From the human T2T-CHM13v2.0 reference genome, Homo sapiens: a stretch of 64,000 nucleotides of DNA. Shown piece after piece: positions 62,565 to 64,000 of this stretch. Each line of letters begins with the position of its first letter. Position 1 is the stretch's first letter. The stretch lies in NCBI RefSeq assembly GCF_009914755.1, contig NC_060927.1; one strand, written 5' to 3'. The position numbers were made by a program, and so were the translations under genes. The notes below the pieces were generated by a model. It was not told the DNA's origin, made no database searches, and saw only the letters and a list, made by a program, of their open reading frames with translations.

Positions 62565-64000
62565 ATCTCAGGGTACAAAACTCACTGTAAAAGTAAGTAC
62601 ACAGGAAAACACAGAATATTATAACACTGAAACTCTTATCCTAAGTAGAAAGACTAAACAATGAACCAATCTAAAATAATAACTACAACAACATTCCAAG
62701 ACATAATCAGTACAATGAAATATAACAGAAACAACAAAAGTTAAAAATTGAGGGGATGAAACTAAGGCATAGAGTTTTTAATAGTTTTCTTTTTCCTTGT
62801 TTGTTTAGGCAAATAGTGCTAAGTTTTTGTCTGGTTAAAATAAAAGGTTATAAGATAGATTTACAAGCCTCATGGTAACCTCAAGCCAAAAACATACAAT
62901 GGATACACAAAAAATAAAAAGCAAGAAACTAAATTATATTACCAGAGAAAATCACTTTCACTAGAGGAAGATGAGAATGAAACAAAGAAGGAAGACCACA
63001 AAGTAACCAGAAAACAAATAACAAAATGGCAGGAGTTAGTCCTTACTTATCAATAATAACATTGAATGTAAAACTATAATAAGATATCACCTCACCCCAG
63101 TTAAAATGGCTTATATCCAAAAGACGGGCAATAACAAATGCTGGCAGGGATGTAGAGAAAAAGGAACCCTTGTACACTGTTGAATGTAAATTAGTACAAC
63201 CCACTACGGAGAACAGTTTTGAGGCTCCTCAGAAAACTAAAATTTAGCTACCGTATGATCCAGCAATTCCACTGATGCGTATGTACCCAAAAGAAAGAAA
63301 ATCAGTATATCAAAGAGATATCTGCACTCCTCTGTTTGTTGCAGCACTGTTTACAATAGCTAAGATTTGGAAGCAACCTAAGTGTCCATCAACAGACGAA
63401 TAGATAAAGAAAACATGGTACATATACACAATGAAGTACTGTTCAACAATAAACAAGAATGAGATCCAGTCATTTGCAACAACATGGATGGAACTGGAGA
63501 TCATTATGTTAAGAAAAGTAAGGTAGGCAAAGAAAGAGAAGCATTGCATGTTCTTACTTACTTGCGGGATCTGAAAATCTAAACAATTGAAATCATGGAC
63601 ATAGAAAGTACAAGGATGGGTTACCAGAGGCTGGAAAGGGTATTGGAGGGCTCGAGGAAGGTAAGGATGGTTAATGGGTACAAAAAAAATAGAAAAAATA
63701 AATAAGACATATGATTTGATAGCACAATAGGGTGATTATAATCAATAATAACTTAATTGTACATTTTAAAATAACTTATAAAGTATAATTGGTTTGTTTG
63801 TAATTCAAAGGATAAATGCTTGAGGGAATGGATACTCCCATTTTCTATGATATGCTTATTTCACATTGCATGCCTGTATCAAACATCTCAAGTATCCCAT
63901 GAATATATACACCTACTATGTACCCACACATATTTTAAAAACTGTAAAACTTAAAAATTTTTTTAAATAAAAGCACATTAGACTGGGAGAACAGAAGCCT

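Larger units (their letters stand above)
58890..63975 (+). mobile_element. LINE-1 (L1MA1/2-like): partial 5'UTR, ORF1, internally deleted ORF2, 3'UTR; hosts MST and MER52 LTRs
   Basis: ORF1 start MTSPNELNKAPG (60339); ORF2 ATG at 63026 joined to the ORF2 C-terminus; L1MA1/2-type 3'UTR. Confidence 0.85.

Overview
Primate (human-like) nuclear DNA, mostly interspersed repeats. I found no confidently identifiable host protein-coding exon; the long ORFs in the track are L1 ORF1/ORF2 fragments or GC-rich LTR and 5'UTR frames. The window holds five large L1s (L1MA-type 1-3650 +; L1PA5/6-type 13.5-20.7 kb +; L1PA8-13-type 27.6-31.8 kb -; L1PA13-15-type 45.8-52.5 kb +; L1MA1/2-type 58.9-64 kb +), eight Alus, THE1/MST/MLT/MER41A/MER52 LTRs, MER5A/MER20, HAL1, L2 and MIR. 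Main observations: (1) the 13.5-kb L1 carries the SpIRE97/622 splice junction in its 5'UTR and was later interrupted by a twin-primed L1PA2/3 and an AluY; (2) a tailless retrocopy of the tRNA-Ile(TAT) 5' exon, with 5 extra upstream bases and a perfect 19-bp TSD; (3) several short, locally templated insertions and fold-backs, including pieces of one THE1 element copied into a neighbouring L1; (4) a few strong splice-site pairs that may be non-coding or poison exons. Subfamily names and consensus comparisons come from memory, not from a search. I see no convincing new biological system; the findings are unusual instances of known processes.
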